Shown piece after piece: positions 19,335 to 29,535 of a stretch of DNA of 38,072 bases. The DNA is taken from contig CAYTMB010000001.1 in the NCBI GenBank assembly GCA_964438465.1, positions 1 through 38,072 on the forward strand, read 5' to 3'. This DNA is from an uncultured Rhodovulum sp. (lineage in GTDB: Bacteria > Pseudomonadota > Alphaproteobacteria > Rhodobacterales > Rhodobacteraceae). The position numbers were made by a program, and so were the translations under genes. The notes beneath the pieces were generated by a model that worked only from the letters and a program-made list of their open reading frames with translations, was not told the DNA's origin and did no database searches. Numbering within the stretch: the first letter of the stretch is position 1; each line of letters starts with the position of its first letter.

Positions 19335-20513
19335 CTAGCGCGCGTGGGGCCGCGAAAGGGCGAGCTCGGGGTTGAGGCGGACGCCGAAGCCGGGGCGGTC
19401 GGGCACCTTCATGCGGCCGTTGACCGGGACGGGTTCGTCGAGCAGCTGCGGGTGGAACATCGGCGCGACGACGTCGCCGCCGGGCGCCATCATCAGGAAC
19501 TCGGCGAAGGGGCTGTTGTGGCGCGTGACGACGAAATGGTAGCTGTAGACCGAGGAGCCGTGCGGCACGACGAGGGTGTTGTGGGCGTCGGCGAGGGCGG
19601 AGATCCGGATCAGCTCGGTGATGCCGCCGCACCAGCCGACGTCGGGCTGGATCAGGTCGCAGCAGCCCATCTCCAAGAGCAGGCGGAAGCCCCAGCGGGT
19701 GGCCTCGTGCTCGCCGGTCGTAACCATCATGCCGGGCGGGACCGCCTTCTTCAGCGCGGCGTAGCCCCAGTAGTCGTCGGGGGGCAGCGCCTCCTCGATC
19801 CACTTCAGCCCGCAGGCGGCGGCCTTGTGCGCGAGGCGGGTGGCGTAGTTCAGGTCGAGGCTCATCCAGCAGTCGTACATCAGCCAGAAGTCGTCGCCGA
19901 CGGCGTTGCGCATCGCCTCGAGGCGGTCGAGGTTGGCGCGCAGGCCGTCCTCGCCCTCGGCGGGGCCGTGCTGGAGCGCCATCTTGCCGCCGATGAAGCC
20001 CATGCCCTTGGCGAGGTCGGGGCGGGGGCCGGTGGCGTAGAAGACCAGCTCGTCGCGGACCGGGCCGCCGAGGAGCTGGTAGACCGGCTCCTGGCGCAGT
20101 TGGCCGAGAAGGTCCCACAGCGCGAGATCGACGCCGGAGATGACGTTCAGGACGATGCCGCGGCGGCCGTAGAACAGCGTCGCGTTGTACATCTGGTCCC
20201 ACATCTTCTCGATGTCGGTGGCGTATTGGCCCTCGATGAAGCGGGCGAGATGGGTCTCGACGATCCAGGCGCCGATCTCGCCGCCGGTGGTGACGGCGAA
20301 GCCGGTGACGCCGGTGTCGGTCTCGACCTCGATCACGAGGGTGCCGAGCACGTTCAGCCCGAAGCTCTTGCGGCTGGCGCGGTATTCCGGGTAGCGGGCC
20401 ATCGGGGTCGCGACATGGTCGTCGATCCAGTGGCCGGCGCCCTGGTCGTGGTAGTCGGCGCCGCCGCCGCGCAGGGTGAAGGCGCGGATGTGCTTGATCC
20501 TGGGGCTGGGCAT
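19335..20513 (-). CDS. rhmD: L-rhamnonate dehydratase (enolase superfamily)
   Basis: [85 protein letters not shown], all characteristic of RhmD. Confidence 0.92.
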   Translation of the reverse strand: MPSPRIKHIRAFTLRGGGADYHDQGAGHWIDDHVATPMARYPEYRASRKSFGLNVLGTLVIEVETDTGVTGFAVTTGGEIGAWIVETHLARFIEGQYATDIEKMWDQMYNATLFYGRRGIVLNVISGVDLALWDLLGQLRQEPVYQLLGGPVRDELVFYATGPRPDLAKGMGFIGGKMALQHGPAEGEDGLRANLDRLEAMRNAVGDDFWLMYDCWMSLDLNYATRLAHKAAACGLKWIEEALPPDDYWGYAALKKAVPPGMMVTTGEHEATRWGFRLLLEMGCCDLIQPDVGWCGGITELIRISALADAHNTLVVPHGSSVYSYHFVVTRHNSPFAEFLMMAPGGDVVAPMFHPQLLDEPVPVNGRMKVPDRPGFGVRLNPELALSRPHAR

Positions 20514-20537
20514 CGGTCTGATCCTCGGGCGGCGGGC

Positions 20538-20586
20538 GTCCCACAGTGGGACCGAAGTCAAGTCGTTGATTTATAAAGGTATCTCT
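20538..20586 (+). repeat. Palindrome + IHF-consensus element, copy D
   Basis: GTCCCAC-A-GTGGGAC (20538-20552) followed by CAAGTCGTTGATT (20559-20571), an exact match to the reverse complement of the IHF consensus WATCAANNNNTTR. Lies between vapC and rhmD. Confidence 0.6.
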
Positions 20587-20606
20587 GGAGGGTCCATGTG
20601 GCGCGG

Positions 20607-21005
20607 CTAGCGTCGAAGCCAGTTCTCGACGAGCAGACCCTCCACGCGGCGGAACTCGGCTTCGTTGTCGGTGACCAGGATGGCTTCCGCCGACTGCGCC
20701 TGCGCGGCGATCCAGAGGTCGTTCTGTCCGATGGGGAGGCCGCGCGCGTCGAGATCCCGGCGGATCGCGCCGTAGCGCGCGCTGACGTCGGGCTTCAGCG
20801 GCAGGATCTCGATCTCGCGAAGAACAGCCTCGACCCGTTCCGTAAGGCGCAGCGACCCTTTCCGGAGGCAGCCGTATCGCAGTTCGCCGGCGACGATCAC
20901 GCTGGTCGCGACGGCGTCGTCACCGACCTCGGCGAGGCGCTGCGCTGCATGTCCGCCGGGGTTCCTGACCAGATCGCTGATGATGTTCGTATCGAGCATG
21001 AACAT
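20607..21005 (-). CDS. vapC: Type II TA toxin, PIN-domain ribonuclease
   Basis: MFMLDTNIISD, ELRYG, PIGQNDLWIAAQA, LVTDNEAEFRRVEGLLVENW. The acidic PIN residues are intact. Confidence 0.95.
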   Translation of the reverse strand: MFMLDTNIISDLVRNPGGHAAQRLAEVGDDAVATSVIVAGELRYGCLRKGSLRLTERVEAVLREIEILPLKPDVSARYGAIRRDLDARGLPIGQNDLWIAAQAQSAEAILVTDNEAEFRRVEGLLVENWLRR

Positions 21006-21250
21006 CAGTCGAACAGGTCTTCCGCCGGCGCGGGCGCGTCCTCGATCGCCGGAAACGCGTCGTCCAGCGGATCCCACTGCGCCAACAGCCCGAGCAGGCC
21101 CGCGCTGCGCACCGGCTCGAGGATCAGGCGGTCGCCGTCCTTGCGCAGGATGGCGCGATCCCCGGGCAGTTCGAACTCGACCGGGATGCGGACGGCCTGG
21201 TTCCGGTTGTTCCGGAACAGGCGAACCTCGCGCGCATCGTTCTTCGCCAT
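21005..21250 (-). CDS. vapB: Type II TA antitoxin, AbrB/SpoVT-type
   Basis: 81 aa, LFRNNRNQAVRIPVEFELPGDRAILRKDGDRLILEP with an acidic C-terminus. TGATG overlap with vapC. Confidence 0.93.
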   Translation of the reverse strand: MAKNDAREVRLFRNNRNQAVRIPVEFELPGDRAILRKDGDRLILEPVRSAGLLGLLAQWDPLDDAFPAIEDAPAPAEDLFD

Positions 21251-21265
21251 GATCGGCGCCTCCTT

Positions 21266-21289
21266 GGCATATGCCGTATGTATATGCCG
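21266..21289. promoter_or_regulatory. Putative vapBC autoregulatory operator
   Basis: Palindrome GGCATATGCC (21266-21275), inverted repeat GGCATAT-N9-ATATGCC and repeated ATATGCCG immediately upstream of the vapB ribosome-binding site. Confidence 0.65.
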
Positions 21290-21342
21290 CTCTGGCCGAA
21301 AGTCAATCTCGCCGCGCTCGCCCGCAACGTCCGCGGGCCGCT

Positions 21343-21657
21343 TCAGTCCATGTGGAACACGTCGACCAGCGGGGTCTGCACCGGTTTCTGGTCGGGCTCG
21401 GTCTCCATCAGGTCGGCCATCCAGGCCCACCAGCGCCGCATCACCGGCTCGTCGCCGAGGTCGTCGAGGCGGGCGCCGGCGGTCTTGCGGAAGAAGGCGA
21501 ACAGGATGTCGGTCTCGGGGTCGTGGAAGATGTTGTAGTCGCGGATGCCGCGGGCGGCGAGCATCTCCGACAGCTCGGGCCAGATCTCGTCGTGGCGCTT
21601 CTTGTACTCGGCCTGCCGGCCGGGGAAGAGCTTCATCTTGAAGCCGACGCGGTCCAT
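21343..21657 (-). CDS. rhaM: L-rhamnose mutarotase
   Basis: 104 aa: FKMKLFPG...EYKKRHDEIWPEL...GIRDYNIF...VMRRWWAWMADLMET...VFHMD. Confidence 0.93.
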   Translation of the reverse strand: MDRVGFKMKLFPGRQAEYKKRHDEIWPELSEMLAARGIRDYNIFHDPETDILFAFFRKTAGARLDDLGDEPVMRRWWAWMADLMETEPDQKPVQTPLVDVFHMD

Positions 21658-21678
21658 TCTCAGGGGCCTTTCGCGAAA

Positions 21679-21703
21679 GGGGCCGGCGGCGGGCGCCGGC
21701 CCC
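21679..21703 (-). terminator. GC-rich hairpin downstream of the binding-protein gene (mRNA stabiliser or partial terminator)
   Basis: GGGGCCGGCG-N5-CGCCGGCCCC. No clear U-tract. Confidence 0.5.
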
Positions 21704-21710
21704 GGAAGGG

Positions 21711-22712
21711 TCAGAAGTCGAAGTCGTCGATGTTGGTCTCGTCGAAGGTGGTCAGCTCGGCCTGGGTGTTCATCACGTTGTTCTCGCCGATGGTGATGGT
21801 CCCGAGGTTGGGCACCTCGAAGGTCTCGCCGACCTCGTTTTTGATCGTGCCGTTCTTCACCCCCACGGCGAAATGCGCGGCGAGCCAGCCCTCGTTGTAC
21901 GGGCTCCAGAGCTGCATCGCCTCGACGGTGCCGTCCTTGATGAAGGGGCGCATCTGGTTCGGCGTGCCGAGGCCGGTCAGCTTCACGGTGTCGGCCTTGC
22001 CGGCGGACTGGATCACCTGCGCGGCGGCGGCGACGCCGACGGTGGTCGGCGAGATGACGCCGCGCAGATTGGGGTAGGACGACAGCAGCGCCTCGGCCTC
22101 GGTGGTGGACTTCTGCGGGTCGTCGTCGCCGTAGACGGTCGCGACCAGCGTCATGTTGGCGTATTTCGGGTCGTTGGCGAGGCTGTCCTCCATCGCGGCG
22201 ATCCAGGTGTTCTGGTCGGGCGCGTCGGTGGTGGCCGAGAGGATCGCGATCTCGCCCTCGTAGCCGATCATCGAGCCGAGCAGTTCCACCTGGCCCGGGC
22301 CGGTCTTGGTGAAGTCGACCGGCAGGATCGCGGCGTCGCGGTGGGCCTCGTTGTCGACGAGGTCGCCGTTGACCGCCAGCACCAGCACGCCGCGGTCGCG
22401 GGCGCGGTCGAGCACCTGGTTCAGCGCGTCGGGGCTGTTGGGCGAGATGGTGATGACGTCGACGCCGCGCTGGGTCTGGGCGGTGATGAACGGGATCTGG
22501 CTGGTCGCCTCGGCGGTGGCGGGGGCCGCGGTGTCGAAGGTGCAGCCGAGTTCGGCGCAGGCGTCGCGGAAGCCGGCCTCGAGCGAGTCGAAATAGGGAT
22601 TGCCGGTGTTCTTCGGGATATAGACGATCGACACCGGGTCCTGCGCCAGCGCGCTCGTCCCGAGCAGCGCCGCGCCGAGGGCGATCCCGCCCAGCAGGGT
22701 TCTACGCTTCAT
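21711..22712 (-). CDS. rhaS: Rhamnose-type ABC sugar-binding protein
   Basis: Signal peptide, IPKNTGNPYF, ILSATTDAPDQNTWI, YGDDDPQKS, IISPTTVGVAAAA, LTGLGTPNQMR. Confidence 0.85.
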   Translation of the reverse strand: MKRRTLLGGIALGAALLGTSALAQDPVSIVYIPKNTGNPYFDSLEAGFRDACAELGCTFDTAAPATAEATSQIPFITAQTQRGVDVITISPNSPDALNQVLDRARDRGVLVLAVNGDLVDNEAHRDAAILPVDFTKTGPGQVELLGSMIGYEGEIAILSATTDAPDQNTWIAAMEDSLANDPKYANMTLVATVYGDDDPQKSTTEAEALLSSYPNLRGVISPTTVGVAAAAQVIQSAGKADTVKLTGLGTPNQMRPFIKDGTVEAMQLWSPYNEGWLAAHFAVGVKNGTIKNEVGETFEVPNLGTITIGENNVMNTQAELTTFDETNIDDFDF

Positions 22713-22740
22713 GTGGTCTTTCCTCCTCTGTTGGCGCCCG

Positions 22741-23742
22741 TCACCGCTGGGTGCGGGCGTAGATCGCGTTGGTCGCGATTATCGAGACGATGAGCAGCAG
22801 GCCCATCACGATCAGCTGGGACGTCACCGGGATGTTGGCGACGTTCATTCCGGTGGCGATGATCACCAGCAGCCAGGCGGCGAGGAACGTGCCCGCGACG
22901 CCGCCGCGGCCGCCGAAGATATAGGTGCCGCCGAGCATCACCATCAGCACCATCTGCAATTCGCCCCCGGTCGCCATGTCGTAGCGGACGCTGGCGAGGC
23001 GGGAGGCGGTCATCAGCCCGGCGAGCGCGCTGGTGAAGCCCATCGCGACGAAGAGGCCGAACTTGATCCGGCGGACGCGCACGCCGGCGTGGCGCGCGGC
23101 GATCTCGCTGGCGCCGATCTGGTAGATCTGCCGGCCGAGCACGGTCATGCCGAGCAGCACCGCGAGCGCGAGGGCGGCGACGACGAAGACGATCACCGGG
23201 TAGGGCACGATGCCGACGGTGCGCCAGTCGAAGCCGATGAACCAGCCGGGGAAGCCGGTGATCGAGCGGTCGCCGGCCAGCACCTGCGACAGCCCGCGGT
23301 AGAGCGTCAGCGTGCCGATGGTGGCGATGATCGACGGCAGCTGCAGCCCGACCACCAGCAGGCCGTTGAAGGCGCCGAGCAGCGCGCCGGTGGCGAGGCC
23401 CGCCGGGATCGCGAGGCCGATCGGCAGGCCGGACTGGATCAGCGAGGCGAAGACGCAGGCCGACAGCGCCATGGTCGCGGCGGGCGACAGGTCGATCTCG
23501 CCGGAGATGATGACGAGGGTCAAGACCAGCGCCACCAGCGCGAACTCCATGTAGTAGGTCGAGGATTCGAGGATGAAGCGCAGGTCGGAGAAGAACGGCG
23601 ACAGGTTCGCCGCGACCGCCACCGCGCCGATCAGCAGCAGCAGCGTGCCGGTCTCGGGGCGGACCAGCAGCACCTGCCAGCGCGGGCGCGCGGGGGCGGC
23701 GTTCTGCACCGCCGGCGGGGTCTGGAGGCTGGCGTCGGTCAT
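22741..23742 (-). CDS. rhaQ: Sugar ABC permease (RhaQ-like)
   Basis: [46 protein letters not shown]. Confidence 0.8.
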   Translation of the reverse strand: MTDASLQTPPAVQNAAPARPRWQVLLVRPETGTLLLLIGAVAVAANLSPFFSDLRFILESSTYYMEFALVALVLTLVIISGEIDLSPAATMALSACVFASLIQSGLPIGLAIPAGLATGALLGAFNGLLVVGLQLPSIIATIGTLTLYRGLSQVLAGDRSITGFPGWFIGFDWRTVGIVPYPVIVFVVAALALAVLLGMTVLGRQIYQIGASEIAARHAGVRVRRIKFGLFVAMGFTSALAGLMTASRLASVRYDMATGGELQMVLMVMLGGTYIFGGRGGVAGTFLAAWLLVIIATGMNVANIPVTSQLIVMGLLLIVSIIATNAIYARTQR

Positions 23743-24722
23743 GCCGGCGCCCGCGCGAGCCGGAGCGAGGCGACGCCGCGCTGGCGCACCGAGCGGTCGA
23801 TGACCAGCGCGAGCAGGATCACCGCGCCGTAGATCGCCGACTGCCAGAACGCCGAGACCCCGAGGATCGGCAGCGCCACGTTGACCATGCCGAGCAGGAT
23901 CACCCCGAGCGCCACCCCGAGCACCGAGCCGACGCCGCCGTTGATCGAGACGCCGCCGACCACCACCGCGGCGATGACGATGAACTCGAAGCCGACGCCG
24001 GTGATGCCGGGGTTCACATAGCCGAAGCGCGCCGCGTACATGATGCCGGCGATCCCGGCGAGCGCGCCCGAGAGGGTGAAGACCAGCAGCGTCACCGGCG
24101 TGACCCGGATCGAGCGCAGCGGCGCCGCGACCGGGTTCGAGCCGATGGCGTAGATCTGCCGGCCGACCCGGCTGTGGCCGAGGAACAGCCAGGTCGCCGC
24201 CACGATGGCGAAGGCGATGATGACGATCCAGGGCACGCCGAACAGCGGCGAGGTCTGGGACATCGCGATCAGGTCGCGCGGGATGAACTGCGGATCGACC
24301 TGGCGCGCGCCCGAGACGAGGAACACGAGGCCGCGGTAGAGGCTGAGCGTGCCGAGGGTGACGATGATCGCGGGCAGCCGGAACAGCGTCACGACGAGGC
24401 CGTTGAGAAAACCGAGCGCCGCGGCGCAGGCGACGCCGGCGGCGATGCCGACGATCATCGGCAGCTCGGGGTAATCGCGGAAGATCATGCCGGCGACGAT
24501 GGCGCAGAAGCCGAGGATCGCGCCGATGGACAGATCGACGTGGCGGGCGACGATCACCATCATCTGCCCCATCGCCGCGACGAGGATCAGCGGGATGGCG
24601 AGCGCGACGATGCGCAGGGTTTCGAGGCTGACGAAGCGCGGCTCGATCAGGCCGACGACGACGGTCAGCAGCAGGATCATCACCACCAGCCCGGCCTCGC
24701 GGCGTTGCAGGAGCGCGGTCAT
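23739..24722 (-). CDS. rhaP: Sugar ABC permease (RhaP-like)
   Basis: [51 protein letters not shown]. Confidence 0.8.
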   Translation of the reverse strand: MTALLQRREAGLVVMILLLTVVVGLIEPRFVSLETLRIVALAIPLILVAAMGQMMVIVARHVDLSIGAILGFCAIVAGMIFRDYPELPMIVGIAAGVACAAALGFLNGLVVTLFRLPAIIVTLGTLSLYRGLVFLVSGARQVDPQFIPRDLIAMSQTSPLFGVPWIVIIAFAIVAATWLFLGHSRVGRQIYAIGSNPVAAPLRSIRVTPVTLLVFTLSGALAGIAGIMYAARFGYVNPGITGVGFEFIVIAAVVVGGVSINGGVGSVLGVALGVILLGMVNVALPILGVSAFWQSAIYGAVILLALVIDRSVRQRGVASLRLARAPA

Positions 24723-26254
24723 GCGGCGGCTCCGTTGCGCGCGGAGGTCGGGACGGCGGCGCTCATGATGCGCTCCTGCGTCGCTTCGGCGCGGGAGAAT
24801 TCGGCGGTGAGCCGGCCCTCGGCCATCACCAGCACGCGGTCGCAGAGCGCCAGCAGCTCGGGGAGTTCGGAGGAGATGAGCAGGATCGCCCGGCCGTCGG
24901 CGGCCAGCGCGCCGATCATGTCGTAGAACTCGGCCTTGACGCCGATGTCGATGCCGCGCGTCGGCTCGTCGAGGATCAGGACCTTGGGATCGGTCAGCAG
25001 CCAGCGTGCGAGGATCGCCTTCTGCTGGTTGCCGCCCGACAGCTCGCCGATGGGCTGGCGCACCGAGGCGAGGCGGATGCGCAGGCGCTTCACCTGCTCG
25101 GCGGCCAGCGCCTTTTCCACCGCGCGGCGGATGAAGCCGCGCGGGGCGATGCGGCCGGGGACGGCGGCGGTGATGTTCTGCTCGACTGAGAGCGTGCGGA
25201 AGATGCCGGCCACCGCGCGGTCCTCCGGCACGAAGGCGAGGCCGAGGGCGATGGCGTCGGCGGGGTCGGCGATGGTGGCGGCCTTGCCGTCGACGGCGAT
25301 CTCGCCGCGCTCGGCCGGCTCGACGCCGAAGAGCGCGCGGGCGACGTCGGTGCGTCCCGCGCCGACGAGGCCGCCCATGCCGACGATCTCGCCGTGGCGG
25401 ACCTCGAAGGAGATGTCCTCGAAGGCGCCGGCGCGGGACAGGCCGCGCACGGTCAGCGCCACGCCGCCGATCTTCGTCGTCTCCTTGTGCATGTAGTCCT
25501 GGTGCGGGCGGCCGATCATCAGCCGGATGATCTCGGCGTCGGTCAGCTCGCCGATGCCGGCGGTGCGGACCTTGGAGCCGTCGCGGAAGATCGTCACCCG
25601 GTCGCAGAGCGCGCGGACCTCCTCCAGCCGGTGGCTGATGAAGACGATGCTGCGGCCCTCGTCGCGCAGGCGCCGGGCGATCTTGAACAGGGTGGCGACC
25701 TCGTTCGGGGTCAGCGGCGCGGTCGGCTCGTCCATGATGATGAGCCGACTGTCGGAGGCCAGCGCGCGGGCGATCTCGACCATCTGCTGGTCGGCGATCG
25801 ACAGGCCGCGCATCGGGCGGGTGACGTCGATCTTCACCCCGAGCAGGTCCATGTAGCGCCGGGCGTCGCGGGTCATCGCCGCCCAGGGCACGCGGCCGAG
25901 CGGGCCGCCGTCGTCGCGGCCGAGCACGAGGTTCTCGGCGACGGAGAGGTCGGGGAAGGAGATCGGCTCCTGGTGGATCAGGGTGATGCCGCGGGCCTGG
26001 GCCACGACCGGGCTGGCGATGTCGACGACCTCGCCGTTCAGCGCGATGGTCCCGGTGGTGGGGCGGTGCACGCCGGCGAGGATCTTGGCGAAGGTCGACT
26101 TGCCGGCGCCGTTCTCGCCGAGCAGCGCGTGGATCTCGCCACCGCGCAGGTCGAGGTCGACCTCGCGCAGCACCTCGACCCCGGCGAAGCTCTTGCCGAC
26201 GCCGCGCGCCGCGATCAGCGGCGTCTCGGACTGGGCCGGGGCGGAACGGTCCAT
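24719..26254 (-). CDS. rhaT: Sugar ABC ATP-binding protein (RhaT-like)
   Basis: [34 protein letters not shown]. Confidence 0.88.
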   Translation of the reverse strand: MDRSAPAQSETPLIAARGVGKSFAGVEVLREVDLDLRGGEIHALLGENGAGKSTFAKILAGVHRPTTGTIALNGEVVDIASPVVAQARGITLIHQEPISFPDLSVAENLVLGRDDGGPLGRVPWAAMTRDARRYMDLLGVKIDVTRPMRGLSIADQQMVEIARALASDSRLIIMDEPTAPLTPNEVATLFKIARRLRDEGRSIVFISHRLEEVRALCDRVTIFRDGSKVRTAGIGELTDAEIIRLMIGRPHQDYMHKETTKIGGVALTVRGLSRAGAFEDISFEVRHGEIVGMGGLVGAGRTDVARALFGVEPAERGEIAVDGKAATIADPADAIALGLAFVPEDRAVAGIFRTLSVEQNITAAVPGRIAPRGFIRRAVEKALAAEQVKRLRIRLASVRQPIGELSGGNQQKAILARWLLTDPKVLILDEPTRGIDIGVKAEFYDMIGALAADGRAILLISSELPELLALCDRVLVMAEGRLTAEFSRAEATQERIMSAAVPTSARNGAAA

Positions 26255-26261
26255 CGCCGGG

Positions 26262-27290
26262 TCAGGCGGCGGGGACGGGCGCGTCCGCGTCGATCAGGCC
26301 CTTCGCCTTGAGGTCGGACCAGAAGGCGGCGGGGATCGCGGCGGCGAAGGCGGCGAGGTTGGCGGTGATCTCCTCGGGCCGGGCGGCGCCGGGGATGATC
26401 GCGGCGACGGCCGGGTGGGCCAGCGGGAACGCCATCGCGGCGGAGCCGAGTGCGACGCCATGCGCGTCGCAGACCGCCTCGATGGCGCGGACCTTGGCCT
26501 GGACCGCCTCGGGCGCGGCGGCGTAGCCGTAGGTCGCGCCGCTGCGCGAGCCGGTGACGAGGATGCCCGAGGCGAAGGGCGCGCCGATGATGACGCTGAC
26601 GTTGCGCTTGACGCAGGCGGCCATGCCGGTGTGCAGCGAGGCCTGGTCGAGCAGGGTGTAGGGCATCGCCACGATGACGAAGTCGAGATCGACGCGGGTC
26701 GCGGTCTCCTCCAGCGATTCCTTCGTGTTGATGCCCATGCCGTAGGCCTTGATGTCGCCCGAGGCCTTCAGCTCCTGCAGCGCCTTCATGCCGCTGTCGG
26801 CGAGCGTCGCGGTGTGGCGCTCGAGCTGATCCCCGACATATTGCAGGTCGAGGTCGTGGATCACCAGCGCGTCGACGGTGTCGAGCGCGAGCCGCTGCAG
26901 CGCCTGCTCGTAGGAGCGCATGATGCCGTCGTAGGAATAGTCGAAACTGACCTCGAAGTTCAGCCCGCCCTTCCAGGGATCGCGGTCGAAGCTCGCCGGG
27001 TCCTTCGGCCGGTGCAGGGTGCGGCCGACCTTGGTGGTGATCTGGAATTCGCCGCGCGGCCTGGTCCGCAGGAAGCCGCCGATGCGGTGTTCGCTGAGGC
27101 CGCGGCCATACCACGGCGCGGTGTCGTAGTAGCGCACGCCGCCGTCCCAGGCCGCGTCGAGCGTCGCGCGCGACACCGCCTCGTCGACCGGGCCGAACAG
27201 CTCGCCGAGATGGGCCGAGCCGAAGCCGAACACCGGCAGTTCGAGATCGGTTGCGCCGATGCGACGGCGGGTCGAAACAGTCAGCGGCAT
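26262..27290 (-). CDS. Aldo/keto reductase, D-threo-aldose 1-dehydrogenase (L-fucose/L-galactose dehydrogenase)-like
   Basis: GVRYYDTAPWYGRGLSEHRIG, TTKVGR, FDYSYDGIMRSYEQALQRL, IHD, YTLLDQ, PFASGIL. Start MPLTVST with GGAGG upstream. Confidence 0.88.
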   Translation of the reverse strand: MPLTVSTRRRIGATDLELPVFGFGSAHLGELFGPVDEAVSRATLDAAWDGGVRYYDTAPWYGRGLSEHRIGGFLRTRPRGEFQITTKVGRTLHRPKDPASFDRDPWKGGLNFEVSFDYSYDGIMRSYEQALQRLALDTVDALVIHDLDLQYVGDQLERHTATLADSGMKALQELKASGDIKAYGMGINTKESLEETATRVDLDFVIVAMPYTLLDQASLHTGMAACVKRNVSVIIGAPFASGILVTGSRSGATYGYAAAPEAVQAKVRAIEAVCDAHGVALGSAAMAFPLAHPAVAAIIPGAARPEEITANLAAFAAAIPAAFWSDLKAKGLIDADAPVPAA

Positions 27291-27340
27291 CTTGGCCTCC
27301 CCCATGTCCTTCGGCGGCTGTCCCGCCTTTGCGGGGCAAT

Positions 27341-27366
27341 TTGTCAGACAGAAATTTGTTTGACAA
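27341..27366. promoter_or_regulatory. Tandem FadR/GntR-type operators in the divergent promoter
   Basis: TTGTCAGACAG (27341-27351) and TTGTTTGACAA (27356-27366) in an AT-rich gap between the two divergent sugar operons. A FadR-family gene ends the rightward operon. Confidence 0.65.
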
Positions 27367-27446
27367 GTTGAAATCCGCTGGGCAGAACGGAAAGAAAAGC
27401 GCCCCCGGCGATGTCCCGCGGGCGCAGGGGGAGACCGGATCCGGCC

Positions 27447-28334
27447 ATGCAGATCGGCGGCGCCTACCCGATGCTCTACGCGTTCTTCGACGACGGCGGC
27501 GCGCTGCGCCGCGCGGCGTTCGAGCGCCAGGTCGAGGCGACCGTCGCATCCGGCGCTGCCGGCGTCGCGGCGCTGGGGCTGGGGACCGAGGTGGCGAAGC
27601 TCGGCCGCGAGGAGCGCCGCGCGGTGGTCGGCTGGACCGTCGCCGCCCTGGCCGGGCGGCTGCCGCTGGCGATCACCATTCCCGGCGACGCGCTGCCCGA
27701 TACCGTCGAGTTCGCCCGCTTCGCGCGCGGCGCCGGCGCCGACTGGCTGATCCTGCAGCCGCCGCGCCCGCCGATCGGCGCGGCCGACCTGCTGCGGTTC
27801 TTCGGGGCGGTCGCCGATGCGGTCGACTGCCCGGTCGGCGTGCAGAACGCGCCGGAGTTTCTCGGCGTCGGGCTGACGCCGGCCGAGCTGGCGGCGCTGC
27901 GCGCCGCGCATCCGAACGTGACGGTGGTGAAGGCCGAATGCGCGGCCTCGGCGATCCCCGAGCTGATCGCCGCGGTCGGACCTTCGATGAAGGTGTTCAA
28001 CGGCCGCGCCGGGATCGAGCTGACCGACAACATGCGCGCGGGCGCGCATGGCATGATCCCCGGCGTCGAGACCATCGACGCGCAGGTGCGGATCATGGCG
28101 GCGATGGCGCGTGGCGACGAGGCCGAGGCGGAGGCCGAATACCGCCGCATCCTGCCCGCGCTCGCCTTCGCGATGCAGAGCCTCGCGACCTTCACGCTCT
28201 ACGGCAAGCGCATCGCCGCGCGCCGGCTCGGGATCGAGCCCTCCGAGGCGCGCGCGCCCGCGGACCGCCCCACCGCCGCGGGCCTCGCCTGGGCCGACCG
28301 CTACGCCGCCGAACTCGGGCCGCTGCCCGGCTGA
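27447..28334 (+). CDS. DHDPS/NAL-family protein (candidate 2-keto-3-deoxy sugar acid aldolase or dehydratase)
   Basis: GVAALGLGTEVAKL, GADWLILQPP, VQNAP, Schiff-base Lys in VVKAE, VFNGRAGIEL. Confidence 0.85.
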   Translation: MQIGGAYPMLYAFFDDGGALRRAAFERQVEATVASGAAGVAALGLGTEVAKLGREERRAVVGWTVAALAGRLPLAITIPGDALPDTVEFARFARGAGADWLILQPPRPPIGAADLLRFFGAVADAVDCPVGVQNAPEFLGVGLTPAELAALRAAHPNVTVVKAECAASAIPELIAAVGPSMKVFNGRAGIELTDNMRAGAHGMIPGVETIDAQVRIMAAMARGDEAEAEAEYRRILPALAFAMQSLATFTLYGKRIAARRLGIEPSEARAPADRPTAAGLAWADRYAAELGPLPG

Positions 28335-28347
28335 GAGGAGGACCGCC

Positions 28348-29523
28348 ATGCCCCGCATCACCGACGTGAGGACGACGATCTGGGAATGGATCGGCCCGGT
28401 CGCGCCGATGCCGCCGCATTTCTGCACCACCGCCGCCGATATGGTCGCGGACGTGACCGGCGCGATCGCGGGCTTTCGTTTCCTCGGCTGGCTGGTGGTC
28501 GAGATCGAGCTCGACGACGGCACGGTCGGCATCGGCAACGCCGCGCTGGCGCCGCATGCGACCAAGGTGGTGATCGACACCTATCTCAGGCCGTTGCTGA
28601 TCGGGACCGACCCGCTCGACAGCGAATACATCTGGGCCTCGATGTACCGCCGCACCCTGCCCTGGGGGCGCAAGGGGATCGGGATGACCGCGATCAGCGC
28701 GGTCGATCTGGCGGTCTGGGACGCCAAGGGCAAGCTGCTCGGCCAGCCGGTGTTTCGCCTGCTCGGCGGCCGCACCAAGCCGAAGATCCCGGTCTACGCC
28801 AGCCGGCTCTACAGCCAGCCGCTCGATACTTTGTTCACAGAGGCCAAGGCCTATGCCGACGAGGGCTTCTCCGCGATCAAGCTGCGCTTCGGCTGGGGGC
28901 CGAAGGACGGCGTTGCGGGGATCGCGAAGAACCTCGACCTGGTGCGGACCGCGCGCGAGGCGGTCGGGCCGGATGTGGACCTGATGGCCGACTGCTACAT
29001 GGGCTGGACGCTGGAATACGCCCGCCGGATGGTGCGCGCGCTGGAGCCGTTCGACCTGCGCTGGCTGGAGGAGCCGGTGATCGCCGACGACCTCGCCGGC
29101 TACGCCGAGCTGCGCGCGATGGGCCGCGTGCCGATCTCCGGCGGCGAGCATGAGTATACGCTGCACGGCTTCCGCCAGGCGCTGGATCTGAAGGCCTACG
29201 ACGTGGTGCAGTTCGACGTGAACCGGGTCGGCGGGATCACCGCGGCGAAGAAGATCGCCGATCTCTGCGAAGCCCACGACATCCCGGTGATCCCGCACGC
29301 CGGGCAGATGCACAACTACCACGTCACCATGTCGAGCTACGCGGCGCCCATCGCGGAGTATTTCCCGAAGGTGCCGGTCGAGGTCGGCAACGAGCTGTTC
29401 TGGTACGTCTTCGACGGCGAGCCGGTGGCCGAGAACGGCTTCATCGACCTCGCCGACGACCGGCCGGGCTTCGGGCTGACGCTGCGCACGCCCGATCCCG
29501 CCGAATTCAAGCTCACGCGCTGA
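28348..29523 (+). CDS. Mandelate racemase-subgroup sugar-acid dehydratase (second, RhmD-related)
   Basis: AISAVDLAVWD, LLGG, KLR, LMADCYMGW, WLEEP, GGEHE, QFDVNRVGG, VIPHAG. Confidence 0.88.
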   Translation: MPRITDVRTTIWEWIGPVAPMPPHFCTTAADMVADVTGAIAGFRFLGWLVVEIELDDGTVGIGNAALAPHATKVVIDTYLRPLLIGTDPLDSEYIWASMYRRTLPWGRKGIGMTAISAVDLAVWDAKGKLLGQPVFRLLGGRTKPKIPVYASRLYSQPLDTLFTEAKAYADEGFSAIKLRFGWGPKDGVAGIAKNLDLVRTAREAVGPDVDLMADCYMGWTLEYARRMVRALEPFDLRWLEEPVIADDLAGYAELRAMGRVPISGGEHEYTLHGFRQALDLKAYDVVQFDVNRVGGITAAKKIADLCEAHDIPVIPHAGQMHNYHVTMSSYAAPIAEYFPKVPVEVGNELFWYVFDGEPVAENGFIDLADDRPGFGLTLRTPDPAEFKLTR

Positions 29524-29535
29524 AAGGAGGGACCC

